Assembly: GCA_024696325.1 (NCBI GenBank)
Contig: JAILGY010000166.1
Span: forward strand, 1-36,476
Reading direction: 5' to 3'
DNA from: a bacterium
Lineage (GTDB): Bacteria > Desulfobacterota > Desulfuromonadia > Desulfuromonadales > JAAYDE01
DNA: 36,476 nt
The notes beneath the pieces were generated by a model, which saw nothing but the letters and a program-made list of their open reading frames with translations, did no database searches and was not told the origin of the DNA. The position numbers and the translations under genes were made by a program. The first letter of the stretch is position 1; the number at the start of each line of letters is the position of its first letter. Shown piece after piece: positions 16,613 to 24,527 of this stretch.

Positions 16613-17653
16613 TCAGTTGTTCAAGGACTGGACCCAGCGCAGTACCTCGGCCACCGGGCCTATCAGATCCTTTGGAATAAAGGAATTTTCCGTGCCGTAT
16701 TCAAACAGGCTGTGCGCCAGAGGCACATTCTGCATGATGGGTATGCCCTCCTCTTTCGCCACGGCGATCATTCGCTCCGCCAGTATTCCCTCCCCCTTGG
16801 CCAAAATGAAGGGCAAGGGTATTTTCTCCTTGTCGTAGTCAAGCGCGATCGCGTAATGCGTCGGATTGGTAATCAGCACCTTGGCCCTGCGGACATTCTC
16901 CATATTGTTCTGCGCAATCAACTCCTGATGCAGCTGCTTGCGTTTTCCCTTGATATGTGGATCTCCTTCCATTTCCTTGTACTCCTGTTTAACTTCTTCC
17001 TTGGACATCATGTGCTGTTTGCCGTACTGCCAACGTTGAAACATGTAATCCACCGCAGCGATGACACAGAAGGCCCCCCCCGCCTTTAGCACCAAATCCT
17101 GCAAGGTATTGCCCAAAACGTTCCACATTCCTTCGATATCGCCGTAGCGGATGCTGAAGAGCGTGCGAAAATGGTCGGTTATCACTAGCCTGACCATCTG
17201 TGCCAGAACCAGTACTTTGACGATATTCTTGATCAGCTCGACGGCATTGCGTACCGAGAAGACCTTCTGAAACCATTTTGCGGGATTCAGATTTTCGGCC
17301 TTGGGCATGGCGGCCTTGAAGGCAAAAACCACTCCTACCTGTCCCAGATTGGCCAGCAGCGCCACCCCCATCACCATGACGACCAGAGGGCCAACAATCA
17401 GCAAACCACCCTTCAATTCCGCCGCCACAATCATCGGCAGCGCTTCGGAAAACGGTAATGACATAAAGCGCATAGGGACCCGCATCATATCCGAAAGCGT
17501 CAGAAGAAGAGTCTTCGACATGGCAATACAGTAGATTCCCACCGCCATGACGCTTAAGGCCGAGGCAATGTCCTGGCTCTTGCATACATCCCCCTTTTCA
17601 CGCGCGTCCCGAAGACGCTTGGGAGTTGGTTGTTCGGTTTTATCGTCACTCAT
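16613..17653 (-). CDS. sctU: T3SS export/switch protein SctU
   Basis: KTEQPTPKRLRDAREKG, EYKEMEGDPHIKGKR, NPTH autocleavage motif. Confidence 0.97.
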   Translation of the reverse strand: MSDDKTEQPTPKRLRDAREKGDVCKSQDIASALSVMAVGIYCIAMSKTLLLTLSDMMRVPMRFMSLPFSEALPMIVAAELKGGLLIVGPLVVMVMGVALLANLGQVGVVFAFKAAMPKAENLNPAKWFQKVFSVRNAVELIKNIVKVLVLAQMVRLVITDHFRTLFSIRYGDIEGMWNVLGNTLQDLVLKAGGAFCVIAAVDYMFQRWQYGKQHMMSKEEVKQEYKEMEGDPHIKGKRKQLHQELIAQNNMENVRRAKVLITNPTHYAIALDYDKEKIPLPFILAKGEGILAERMIAVAKEEGIPIMQNVPLAHSLFEYGTENSFIPKDLIGPVAEVLRWVQSLNN

Positions 17654-17693
17654 GCCTTTTTTCTCAAAAAGCTATTTCAGAGAAAAAATCCCC

Positions 17694-18518
17694 TTATGGC
17701 ACCAGCAAGCCATGAAGTTCACGGAAATCGGTGGTAATTTTGCCGAACATCTGCGGCAGATCCGCCATAAGCATACCAAAATATACCAGCATCAAAAAAA
17801 TGGCTACACCACTTTTGATTGGCATTGCCAGCACATAGACGTTCAACTGCGAGGCAAAACGGTTGATGAGTCCCAAGGAAACATCCGTCAGCAGACAGGC
17901 TACCACCACAGGCCCGGAAAGGAGAAGCATCATAAGCACGAGCCAGGCCACCTGACGCGCGAAAAAAAGCGGAAAGGCCAAATGGTGCATGGCGCTCAGG
18001 GGCAGGAGTTCCATGACTGGCCAGGCTTCGTAGCCGCCATAGACAAGAACGAGGAAGGCAAGAAACGCGCCGCTGGCGTAAAAGAAATAGACCGTGCTCT
18101 GCAGAAAGAAAGTACCAAACGGTGAACTCTGCTCTCCCGAGAGGGGATCGGCGTCGGAAGCCATGGAAGCACCACGCTGATTGTCGATAAAAAAACCGGC
18201 GCTCATGATAGCCCAGAACAGAAAACCCGACAGAAAGCCAAGGAACAGACCCAGCAGGCATTCCTTGAGGATCACAGTGGTACACCAGAGGATAGCGGCT
18301 ACACCGCTTCCTATGTCCGCTGAGGAAACCTGTGCCACCAGTGCCGGATGCAACACCATGTAGCAGGCAAAAACCGCTACAGTTCTCATCTGGCCGGTCA
18401 GTACCGTACTTCCCATGAAAGGTGCCACCTGTGCCATGACAAAGAGCCTCGGCATTCCCAGCAACAACGCCAGCAGATTTTCGTAAAGCTCCAGATCTTT
18501 GACCAGTTCGTCAATCAT
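17694..18518 (-). CDS. sctT: T3SS export gate SctT
   Basis: Hydrophobic; AGFFIDNQRGA and LGLINRFASQLNVYVLAMPIKS. Confidence 0.96.
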   Translation of the reverse strand: MIDELVKDLELYENLLALLLGMPRLFVMAQVAPFMGSTVLTGQMRTVAVFACYMVLHPALVAQVSSADIGSGVAAILWCTTVILKECLLGLFLGFLSGFLFWAIMSAGFFIDNQRGASMASDADPLSGEQSSPFGTFFLQSTVYFFYASGAFLAFLVLVYGGYEAWPVMELLPLSAMHHLAFPLFFARQVAWLVLMMLLLSGPVVVACLLTDVSLGLINRFASQLNVYVLAMPIKSGVAIFLMLVYFGMLMADLPQMFGKITTDFRELHGLLVP

Positions 18519-18560
18519 GCATTTTTTTATAAATAAAAGGGACCAGCCGTTCTTTAAAAC

Positions 18561-18821
18561 TCACAGCATATAAAAACGGTTGAAGATCTCGTTGGCATAG
18601 CGCAGCAATTCGGCCCCCAACCAGCTTCCCATGACAAACAGCGTCACCACCACCGCAATAAGCTTGACGCCAAAGGTCAGCGTCTGTTCCTGAAGCTGGG
18701 TGATGGCCTGTATCAGGCTTAAAAGTACACCGACAATGGAGGCCACCACAATCGGCGGCATCGAAAGCATCATCACCAGATAGAGCGCCTGAACAGCGTA
18801 ATTCAAAGCGGTGGATTCCAT
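18561..18821 (-). CDS. sctS: T3SS export gate SctS
   Basis: 86 aa; SLIQAITQLQEQTLTFGVKLIAV. Confidence 0.96.
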   Translation of the reverse strand: MESTALNYAVQALYLVMMLSMPPIVVASIVGVLLSLIQAITQLQEQTLTFGVKLIAVVVTLFVMGSWLGAELLRYANEIFNRFYML

Positions 18822-18880
18822 AAATGGCGCTTCCTTTCCCCAAAAACCGCCCCTAATGTATGAACATGGATGTCATGAAT

Positions 18881-19801
18881 TCAGTCATCTGCTTCGCCGT
18901 ACTGCCGAATGACAGCCTTAAGCTTCAGCGCCATTTTGTACAACCAGTCAAAATAGCTGTTCCAAGCGGATTCACCGGATTGAACGTCCGCATTGAGCTT
19001 AGCTCGAATGCTGCAATCCTTGTTTCCAACAGTCCAATCCAGCGCCATGCCAAGATGGTTTTCAATAGCTTCCTTGTTGTCTATAAATTTTCCATAGTTT
19101 TCTTTGTAGTCACATATATAGATTGCCGCTCCTATATATTTTCGCTGGACGCTTATACTGAGGTTTATCCTGAATGCTCGATTGCCGACGCTTAAATTGT
19201 AGAAAGATTGAGGACCAGGTTTTTTTATGGAAAAATTCTTTTTGTAGTCCTGTATGTTTTCAACATAGGCATTGAATGCCTGCCAAAACGATAACCACAA
19301 CTTCTTCGTATCATTGTTTACCACCTTTGCCCAGTCATTCGGGCGTTCAACGATGTTGAATTTCGGCGCAGGCAGCGAATCATTGATTTTCCATAGTTCG
19401 ATTTCCAGCAAGAAAAAGCCGATCTTTTCATCCGTGTGCTGGTTCAGCCAAGCTACGGCCTGTTGATGTTCCTCCCTGGCATGTTTGACGATCCATACTA
19501 TAAGTTCGGCGTCCTTGCCCGAAGCATAGGTAATAATTTTGCCCAAGTGATCGTGATTGGTGTCTTCAAGTTGGTTCTCAATGATGATTTTTCTCCCGGT
19601 GCCTTCCTCCACAGCATACAGGTCAACACTGAAACCTCCGACAGACGATTCCTGCTCTTCCAGCATCATATCAATGCCTAGAGTTTCACCCAATAAAGCA
19701 AGATTTTCCTCCTGCGCCAGCCAGTTGGAAAAATCCCTCGCTTCATGTGGCCAGATGTCGCGCAAATCGGGAATCTTTTCCATTCTCCCCAATGCTGTCA
19801 T
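18881..19801 (-). CDS. DUF4268-domain protein with N-terminal PD-(D/E)xK-like nuclease fold
   Basis: LRDIWPHEARDFSNWL, VGGFSVDL, IIIENQLEDTNHDHLGKIITYASG are family motifs recalled from memory; FW...IENHLG...LDW C-terminal domain; 3' half is AT-rich. Confidence 0.8.
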   Translation of the reverse strand: MTALGRMEKIPDLRDIWPHEARDFSNWLAQEENLALLGETLGIDMMLEEQESSVGGFSVDLYAVEEGTGRKIIIENQLEDTNHDHLGKIITYASGKDAELIVWIVKHAREEHQQAVAWLNQHTDEKIGFFLLEIELWKINDSLPAPKFNIVERPNDWAKVVNNDTKKLWLSFWQAFNAYVENIQDYKKNFSIKKPGPQSFYNLSVGNRAFRINLSISVQRKYIGAAIYICDYKENYGKFIDNKEAIENHLGMALDWTVGNKDCSIRAKLNADVQSGESAWNSYFDWLYKMALKLKAVIRQYGEADD

Positions 19802-19960
19802 GTCGATATTCTCCTGAAAGCTGTTCCGCCAATCCTCCCAGTTTTATACTCGCTTTGCGTCGCATTGGATAAGTGGCGTGTGTCGTTAATTATCCGTCGC
19901 CCGCTAGCAGTTCAGTCCATGTACTAGGCTCAAAAAAGTGTTGATAGAACAAAAAAACTT

Positions 19961-22054
19961 TCAAATTTTGATCCGGTTGATCGGCTGGACGGAGATTTCC
20001 GGCGTTACCTCCTGATAGGCAATGACCGCCAGCTCATAGTAATCCCCCTCTATCAGACGCCGTACATAACGACGGATATCCATGGAGGCCATGAGCACCG
20101 GGCGCTGGGTATGCGTCTTGTACTTGCCCATTGCTTCACCCACCGCCTGCACAAATTTCTGCGTGGTATCGGGATCCAGCGCCAAAAACGCGCCTGCAGA
20201 AGTCTGGCGCACCGATTTGCGGATGATTTCCTCAAGACCTGGATCCATCAAAATCGCCGGCAACATGTTTTGGCCACGGGAATACATGTAGCTAATCTGA
20301 CGCTTGAGGGCGCTGCGCACGTACTCCGTGAGCATGACAATATCCTTCTCCTTGGGACTCCATTCGATCAGAGCCTCCAAAATACTGCGCAAATCACGGA
20401 TGGAGATCTGCTCCTGCGCCAAACGCTGGAAAATCTCGGCAATGCGCTGCACCGGCAAAAGACGCGTCGCCTCGCGTACCAGATCGGGAGCACGTTCCTC
20501 CATTTTGTCCAGCAAATATTTGGTTTCCTGCATTCCAAGAAAAGAGGATGCATGCCGCGAGAGCAGAAGCGATAGATGATAGGCAAGAATACGCGCATGG
20601 TTCATGCAGGAAATGCCCGCCTGTTCCAGAGTGGGCACACGATCTTCCGCCACCCACAGCGACTCCACATCCGGCAGAAACTTCTCCCCTTCTGTGACCT
20701 CCACTCCGAACATCGCCAGATTTTCCTTGGTATCGCGCGCCAGGACCATGCCCTTTTCCAGTTTTCCCCGCGCCAACGGAATTTCGTTAAGATTCAGCAC
20801 ATAGGTCATATCCGGCAGAGATGGATTGGGACGGATGTTGATGCCCGGAAATGGTATACCCAGATCGAAGTAGAGCGCCCGGCGTAGGGTGACTAGCTCC
20901 TCGTTGAGATCGTTGTAGGGCAACGCTGTGCTGATCTCATTGGAAATATCGAGAATTATGGGAACTGTAGGGGCAAATTCGTCCTGCCCTGCGGAAGGTC
21001 GCTTCTGGGCCTTGCCGGATATCGCCGGCGCCAACGATTTTTTCAGTTCTCCTTCCTGATTTGGTGCCTTGGGCCTGGACTGCATAAAGCGCAGGGCATA
21101 GCCCAGTCCGGCCACCAGCACCGCCAACGAAAAAAGCTGCGGTTTGGGAAAACCTGGCACCAGAGCAAAAATGAAGACCAGGCCTCCAGCCATCAGCAGT
21201 GCCTTGGGCTGGGCGAAAAACTGCTGCCCCACCACCGCGCCTATGTTGTCGTCCGAGTCACCGGAACGGGTGATCAGCACACCTGCAGAGATGGAAATGA
21301 TGAGGGAGGGGATCTGTGACACCAAACCGTCGCCGATGGTAAGGATGCCATAGGTGTGCAATGCCTCGCTCGCCGTCATGCCATTCTGCGTAATGCCAAT
21401 AATGGTGCCGCCCACAATGTTGACGACGGCAATCACCATACCAGCAATACTGTCGCCCTTGACGAACTTCATGGCGCCGTCCATGGCGCCGTACATCTGG
21501 CTTTCCAGACCAACGCGGTTTCGACGACGCTGTGCCTCCTCCATGTCGATGACCCCCGCGCGCATATCCGCGTCGATGGACATCTGTTTGCCCGGCATGG
21601 CGTCCAGCGTGAATCGCGCGCCGACCTCAGCTACACGCTCGGCGCCTTTGGAAATAACGAGAAACTGCACAATGGTCAGGATCAGAAAGACAACCGCGCC
21701 CACCACGAAATTACCGCCCAAAGCGAATTCCCCAAAAGTGAAGATAATTTCGCCGGCATCGGCCTGAAGCAGGATCAGACGGGTCGTGGTGATATTCAGA
21801 CCAACCCGGAAGAGCGTGGTGAAAAGCAGCATGGTGGGAAATACCGAAAAATCCAGAGCGGTCTTGACATACATCGACATCATCAGCATCAGAAACGAAA
21901 GCGTCATGTTAACGCCGATGAGCGTATCCACCAATGGCGTTGGCAATGGCATGATCATCAGAGCAATGACCACCACCACCAAAAAAACCATGGTGACATC
22001 ATTGTGACGAACAAAAGCCTCCGCGACCGAATTGATTTTTCTTATAAAATTCAT
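19961..22054 (-). CDS. sctV: T3SS major export protein SctV (LcrD)
   Basis: GAERVAEVGARFTLDAMPGKQMSIDAD, GAMDGAMKFVKGD, GDGLVSQIP, TEYVRSAL. Confidence 0.98.
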   Translation of the reverse strand: MNFIRKINSVAEAFVRHNDVTMVFLVVVVIALMIMPLPTPLVDTLIGVNMTLSFLMLMMSMYVKTALDFSVFPTMLLFTTLFRVGLNITTTRLILLQADAGEIIFTFGEFALGGNFVVGAVVFLILTIVQFLVISKGAERVAEVGARFTLDAMPGKQMSIDADMRAGVIDMEEAQRRRNRVGLESQMYGAMDGAMKFVKGDSIAGMVIAVVNIVGGTIIGITQNGMTASEALHTYGILTIGDGLVSQIPSLIISISAGVLITRSGDSDDNIGAVVGQQFFAQPKALLMAGGLVFIFALVPGFPKPQLFSLAVLVAGLGYALRFMQSRPKAPNQEGELKKSLAPAISGKAQKRPSAGQDEFAPTVPIILDISNEISTALPYNDLNEELVTLRRALYFDLGIPFPGINIRPNPSLPDMTYVLNLNEIPLARGKLEKGMVLARDTKENLAMFGVEVTEGEKFLPDVESLWVAEDRVPTLEQAGISCMNHARILAYHLSLLLSRHASSFLGMQETKYLLDKMEERAPDLVREATRLLPVQRIAEIFQRLAQEQISIRDLRSILEALIEWSPKEKDIVMLTEYVRSALKRQISYMYSRGQNMLPAILMDPGLEEIIRKSVRQTSAGAFLALDPDTTQKFVQAVGEAMGKYKTHTQRPVLMASMDIRRYVRRLIEGDYYELAVIAYQEVTPEISVQPINRIKI

Positions 22055-22086
22055 GAGGATACCACTATGGGAAAGTTTTTCTCCTT

Positions 22087-22497
22087 TTATCCCTTCCTGT
22101 CTTTGAAGAAACGTTCCAGATCATTCAGATTCTTAACCTGCTCACTGTCTCCCCTCAGATGCAGATAGGTTTCCACCATGCTTCGCGCCTCTTCCCGGCG
22201 TCCTTCCATCCACAACGCCTGCGCGCGCATCAGGTAGAATACCGCCTGTTTCGAGGAAAGCGCTCGCTCCTTGAGCGTCCCGCCTTCCATCACGGCACGC
22301 AAATATTCAAGCGCCTCTTTTCCCCGCCCCTGCTCCAAAGCTACGGCAGCCAAACCAGCGATGGCCTGAAGATCAGGGTGTTCCGGATCGGAAAGCGCAG
22401 CCAGCGCGGCAAATACTCTTTCTGCGCGTTCCATATGCCCCATGCGGAAAAATAAATAGGCCAGCACCCGCAAGGTGGCCAGATGTTCATCTGTCAT
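22087..22497 (-). CDS. sctY: YscY-like TPR chaperone
   Basis: LRVLAYLFFRMG...RAERVFAAL; YLMRAQALWMEGRREEAR; ATG 22497 with GGAGG SD; slot directly before sctV. Confidence 0.75.
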   Translation of the reverse strand: MTDEHLATLRVLAYLFFRMGHMERAERVFAALAALSDPEHPDLQAIAGLAAVALEQGRGKEALEYLRAVMEGGTLKERALSSKQAVFYLMRAQALWMEGRREEARSMVETYLHLRGDSEQVKNLNDLERFFKDRKG

Positions 22498-22540
22498 ATA
22501 TCCATTTCCTCCGCAAAAAAGCGCTGGAAAAGAGTTGCAT

Positions 22541-22915
22541 TCAGCCACCCATCATCAAATTGACATAGGCACGCAGCAGCATTTTGTTTTCCAGAAGCGG
22601 CCTCAGTTCCTTTTCTGCCAGCTCTGCAAGGACGGAATTGCCGCTGTTTTCACACTCCTCCAGACATCTGCCCAGATTGGCCGAAAAGACATCGGGGCGC
22701 AGGATTTCTCCATCTCCGACATCCGGGCAAAGAGTCTCCTCCACAAGGGACCGGGTGTTGGAGGGTCGATACAGTTCCTCAAGTCCTGCCTGAAAGAGCA
22801 TATTGGAAGCCAGCGGCCGTGCTTGCGGCATATGCTGCCCCGTAATCTCGGGGCTATCCATTACCGTTTGGATACCCAATGACGGATCGAAAACATCTAT
22901 GGATTTTACAGCCAT
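22541..22915 (-). CDS. sctX: YscX-like protein
   Basis: 124 aa; FDPSLGIQ start, ILRPDVF, LLRAYVNLMMGG end; lies between sycN and yscY. Confidence 0.7.
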   Translation of the reverse strand: MAVKSIDVFDPSLGIQTVMDSPEITGQHMPQARPLASNMLFQAGLEELYRPSNTRSLVEETLCPDVGDGEILRPDVFSANLGRCLEECENSGNSVLAELAEKELRPLLENKMLLRAYVNLMMGG

Positions 22916-22963
22916 GATCGTTCTTCCCTTTTTGCGGTACTACATCCCATATCGCCCAATTGT

Positions 22964-23326
22964 TCAGCCTTTTACAAGTGAATGCAGTTCTTCGGTCAGA
23001 AACCGAGCCGCATTTTCAATTTGGACAGCACTGATACGTTGTTGCGGCAACCGCACCAACAGCATAATCTGGCTCTTGTAGAGCCCCCCCACAAGCGTGA
23101 AGGGATGGGCATAACGATAGTCACACCGTTCCAGTACCCGCCGAGGCGCCTCCCGATCACTCTCAGGCACCGAAGCCGTCATATAGATCAACAGATCATC
23201 ACCGTCCTGTTCAAGACAGAGTCTTCCCAGCGACTCTATCTCCAGCACGGCCATACCGTTCTCATGAAAGGCCAGATTCGCCATGCCCAAACGTCGCCCA
23301 AATTCCGCGAGTTCCCTTTCCAGCAT
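22964..23326 (-). CDS. sycN: SycN-like gatekeeper chaperone
   Basis: LAEFGRRLGM...LEIESLGRLCLEQ; directly follows sctW. Confidence 0.8.
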   Translation of the reverse strand: MLERELAEFGRRLGMANLAFHENGMAVLEIESLGRLCLEQDGDDLLIYMTASVPESDREAPRRVLERCDYRYAHPFTLVGGLYKSQIMLLVRLPQQRISAVQIENAARFLTEELHSLVKG

Positions 23327-24460
23327 TCATTCCTCTCCTTCCGAAGACGCAAGATAGGCATCTTCACGCTCAATGGCCTGATCAACCGCCTCCTGTACGG
23401 CATCGATCACCTTCATTCGTCCTTCCATACCATCAAACAGTTGCGGTGGAAAATTGCGCGACATGGAAAGCATTTCCTGTAAAAACAGCACTTCATGTTC
23501 AATATCCGGCGCTTTGGATTGCGAGGCAATCTGCTCAATCTGGCTTGCCCCCAGAAAACGTTCATTACGCAAAGCCACCATCTGCCCCATCAGTTCCATC
23601 GATTTCAGCGGGCAATCCTTGACATTGTGGACATTTGCCCAACGATCAAGTAGCCGACTACAATCACGATAGACGTTTTGCAACAAACGCACCTGCTCCA
23701 AATTGCCATGCACATATTCCAAATGGGTGGTCTCCATACTTGGCAGATCCGAAGCCAGATCAGCACTTAGGGCTCCAAACAGAAAGTCCATCGCCTTGTC
23801 AAAATTGCCGTCGCCATAGGTATCATGCACATAGGCGAAAACATCGTTGACCGTACCGAAATCACAGACCGTCTGCCGATAAAAGCCACGCAGATTGTCG
23901 GCATTGTCCAGATCGGCATAACCTTTGGCCGCCAATGCGCCCTGAATACCGGCATGAATGGCCGGACCGGATTCTTTTTCCAGTTCCTCCATGCCCGTTC
24001 GGACGGCATCCAGCACCTCTTTGCTTACTGCCGGATCTTTTTCCAAATCTTCCAGGGCTTCCGCCAGAGCTGCCCAGGCGTCACTGGGATCATGAAACAG
24101 CTCCAGCGCGCGACGCGCAACATTTTCCTGCATCCTGCGGGAGCGCAGTTCATCCTTGAGATAATCAATGTCGCGGGCCTTTCCGGCCTCGTGCATCAGT
24201 TCCTGATACAGGCGCACCCGATCGGCGCGGGTGCTGATTGTCTTGTCGCGTTCGCTGCGCTCCTGAAGTTCAAAATCCTTGGTCGTGTCCACACCGAAAG
24301 TCAGCTCTTCCGCGGCATCCGCCAGAAGTGACATGGGATTGTCCATTTCGACGGCAGCCATGCCCATAAAGTTGCCTACGTTGGGCGCAGCGCCAAGGTC
24401 ATGGGCTGTCTGCACCTGATTCAGGTATTGTGCGTTATTCACCGAAAAATCAATTGCCAT
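23327..24460 (-). CDS. sctW: T3SS gatekeeper SctW (fused YopN-TyeA)
   Basis: LADAAEELTF, FHDPSDAWAAL, LRGFYRQTV, FLFGALSADL; TyeA-like C-terminus (FPPQLF...VQEAVDQAIERED). Confidence 0.93.
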   Translation of the reverse strand: MAIDFSVNNAQYLNQVQTAHDLGAAPNVGNFMGMAAVEMDNPMSLLADAAEELTFGVDTTKDFELQERSERDKTISTRADRVRLYQELMHEAGKARDIDYLKDELRSRRMQENVARRALELFHDPSDAWAALAEALEDLEKDPAVSKEVLDAVRTGMEELEKESGPAIHAGIQGALAAKGYADLDNADNLRGFYRQTVCDFGTVNDVFAYVHDTYGDGNFDKAMDFLFGALSADLASDLPSMETTHLEYVHGNLEQVRLLQNVYRDCSRLLDRWANVHNVKDCPLKSMELMGQMVALRNERFLGASQIEQIASQSKAPDIEHEVLFLQEMLSMSRNFPPQLFDGMEGRMKVIDAVQEAVDQAIEREDAYLASSEGEE

Positions 24461-24507
24461 AGCTCTTCCTCGACAAAAGGCTGTTTCTGTTTTCTGTCAT
24501 TTTTCTG

Positions 24508-24523
24508 TGCGAAATTAATGCCA
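24508..24523 (-). promoter_or_regulatory. Candidate sigma54 -24/-12 promoter for the sctW operon
   Basis: Minus strand TGGCATTAATTTCGCA = TGGCA, GG-N10-GC, ending 47 bp before the sctW ATG. Confidence 0.7.
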
Positions 24524-24527
24524 TTTC

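Noticed and set aside
17074-17081. G8 tract in sctU as a contingency locus
   Set aside because: Short, in frame (Ala-Gly-Gly-Ala), with no evidence of variation from a single sequence.
18511-18843. Alternative 110-aa minus ORF overlapping sctS
   Set aside because: The 86-aa frame carries the SctS signature.
1350-22054. Flagellar export apparatus
   Set aside because: Secretin, SctD, needle and gatekeeper are present, while no rod, hook, flagellin or motor genes are seen.
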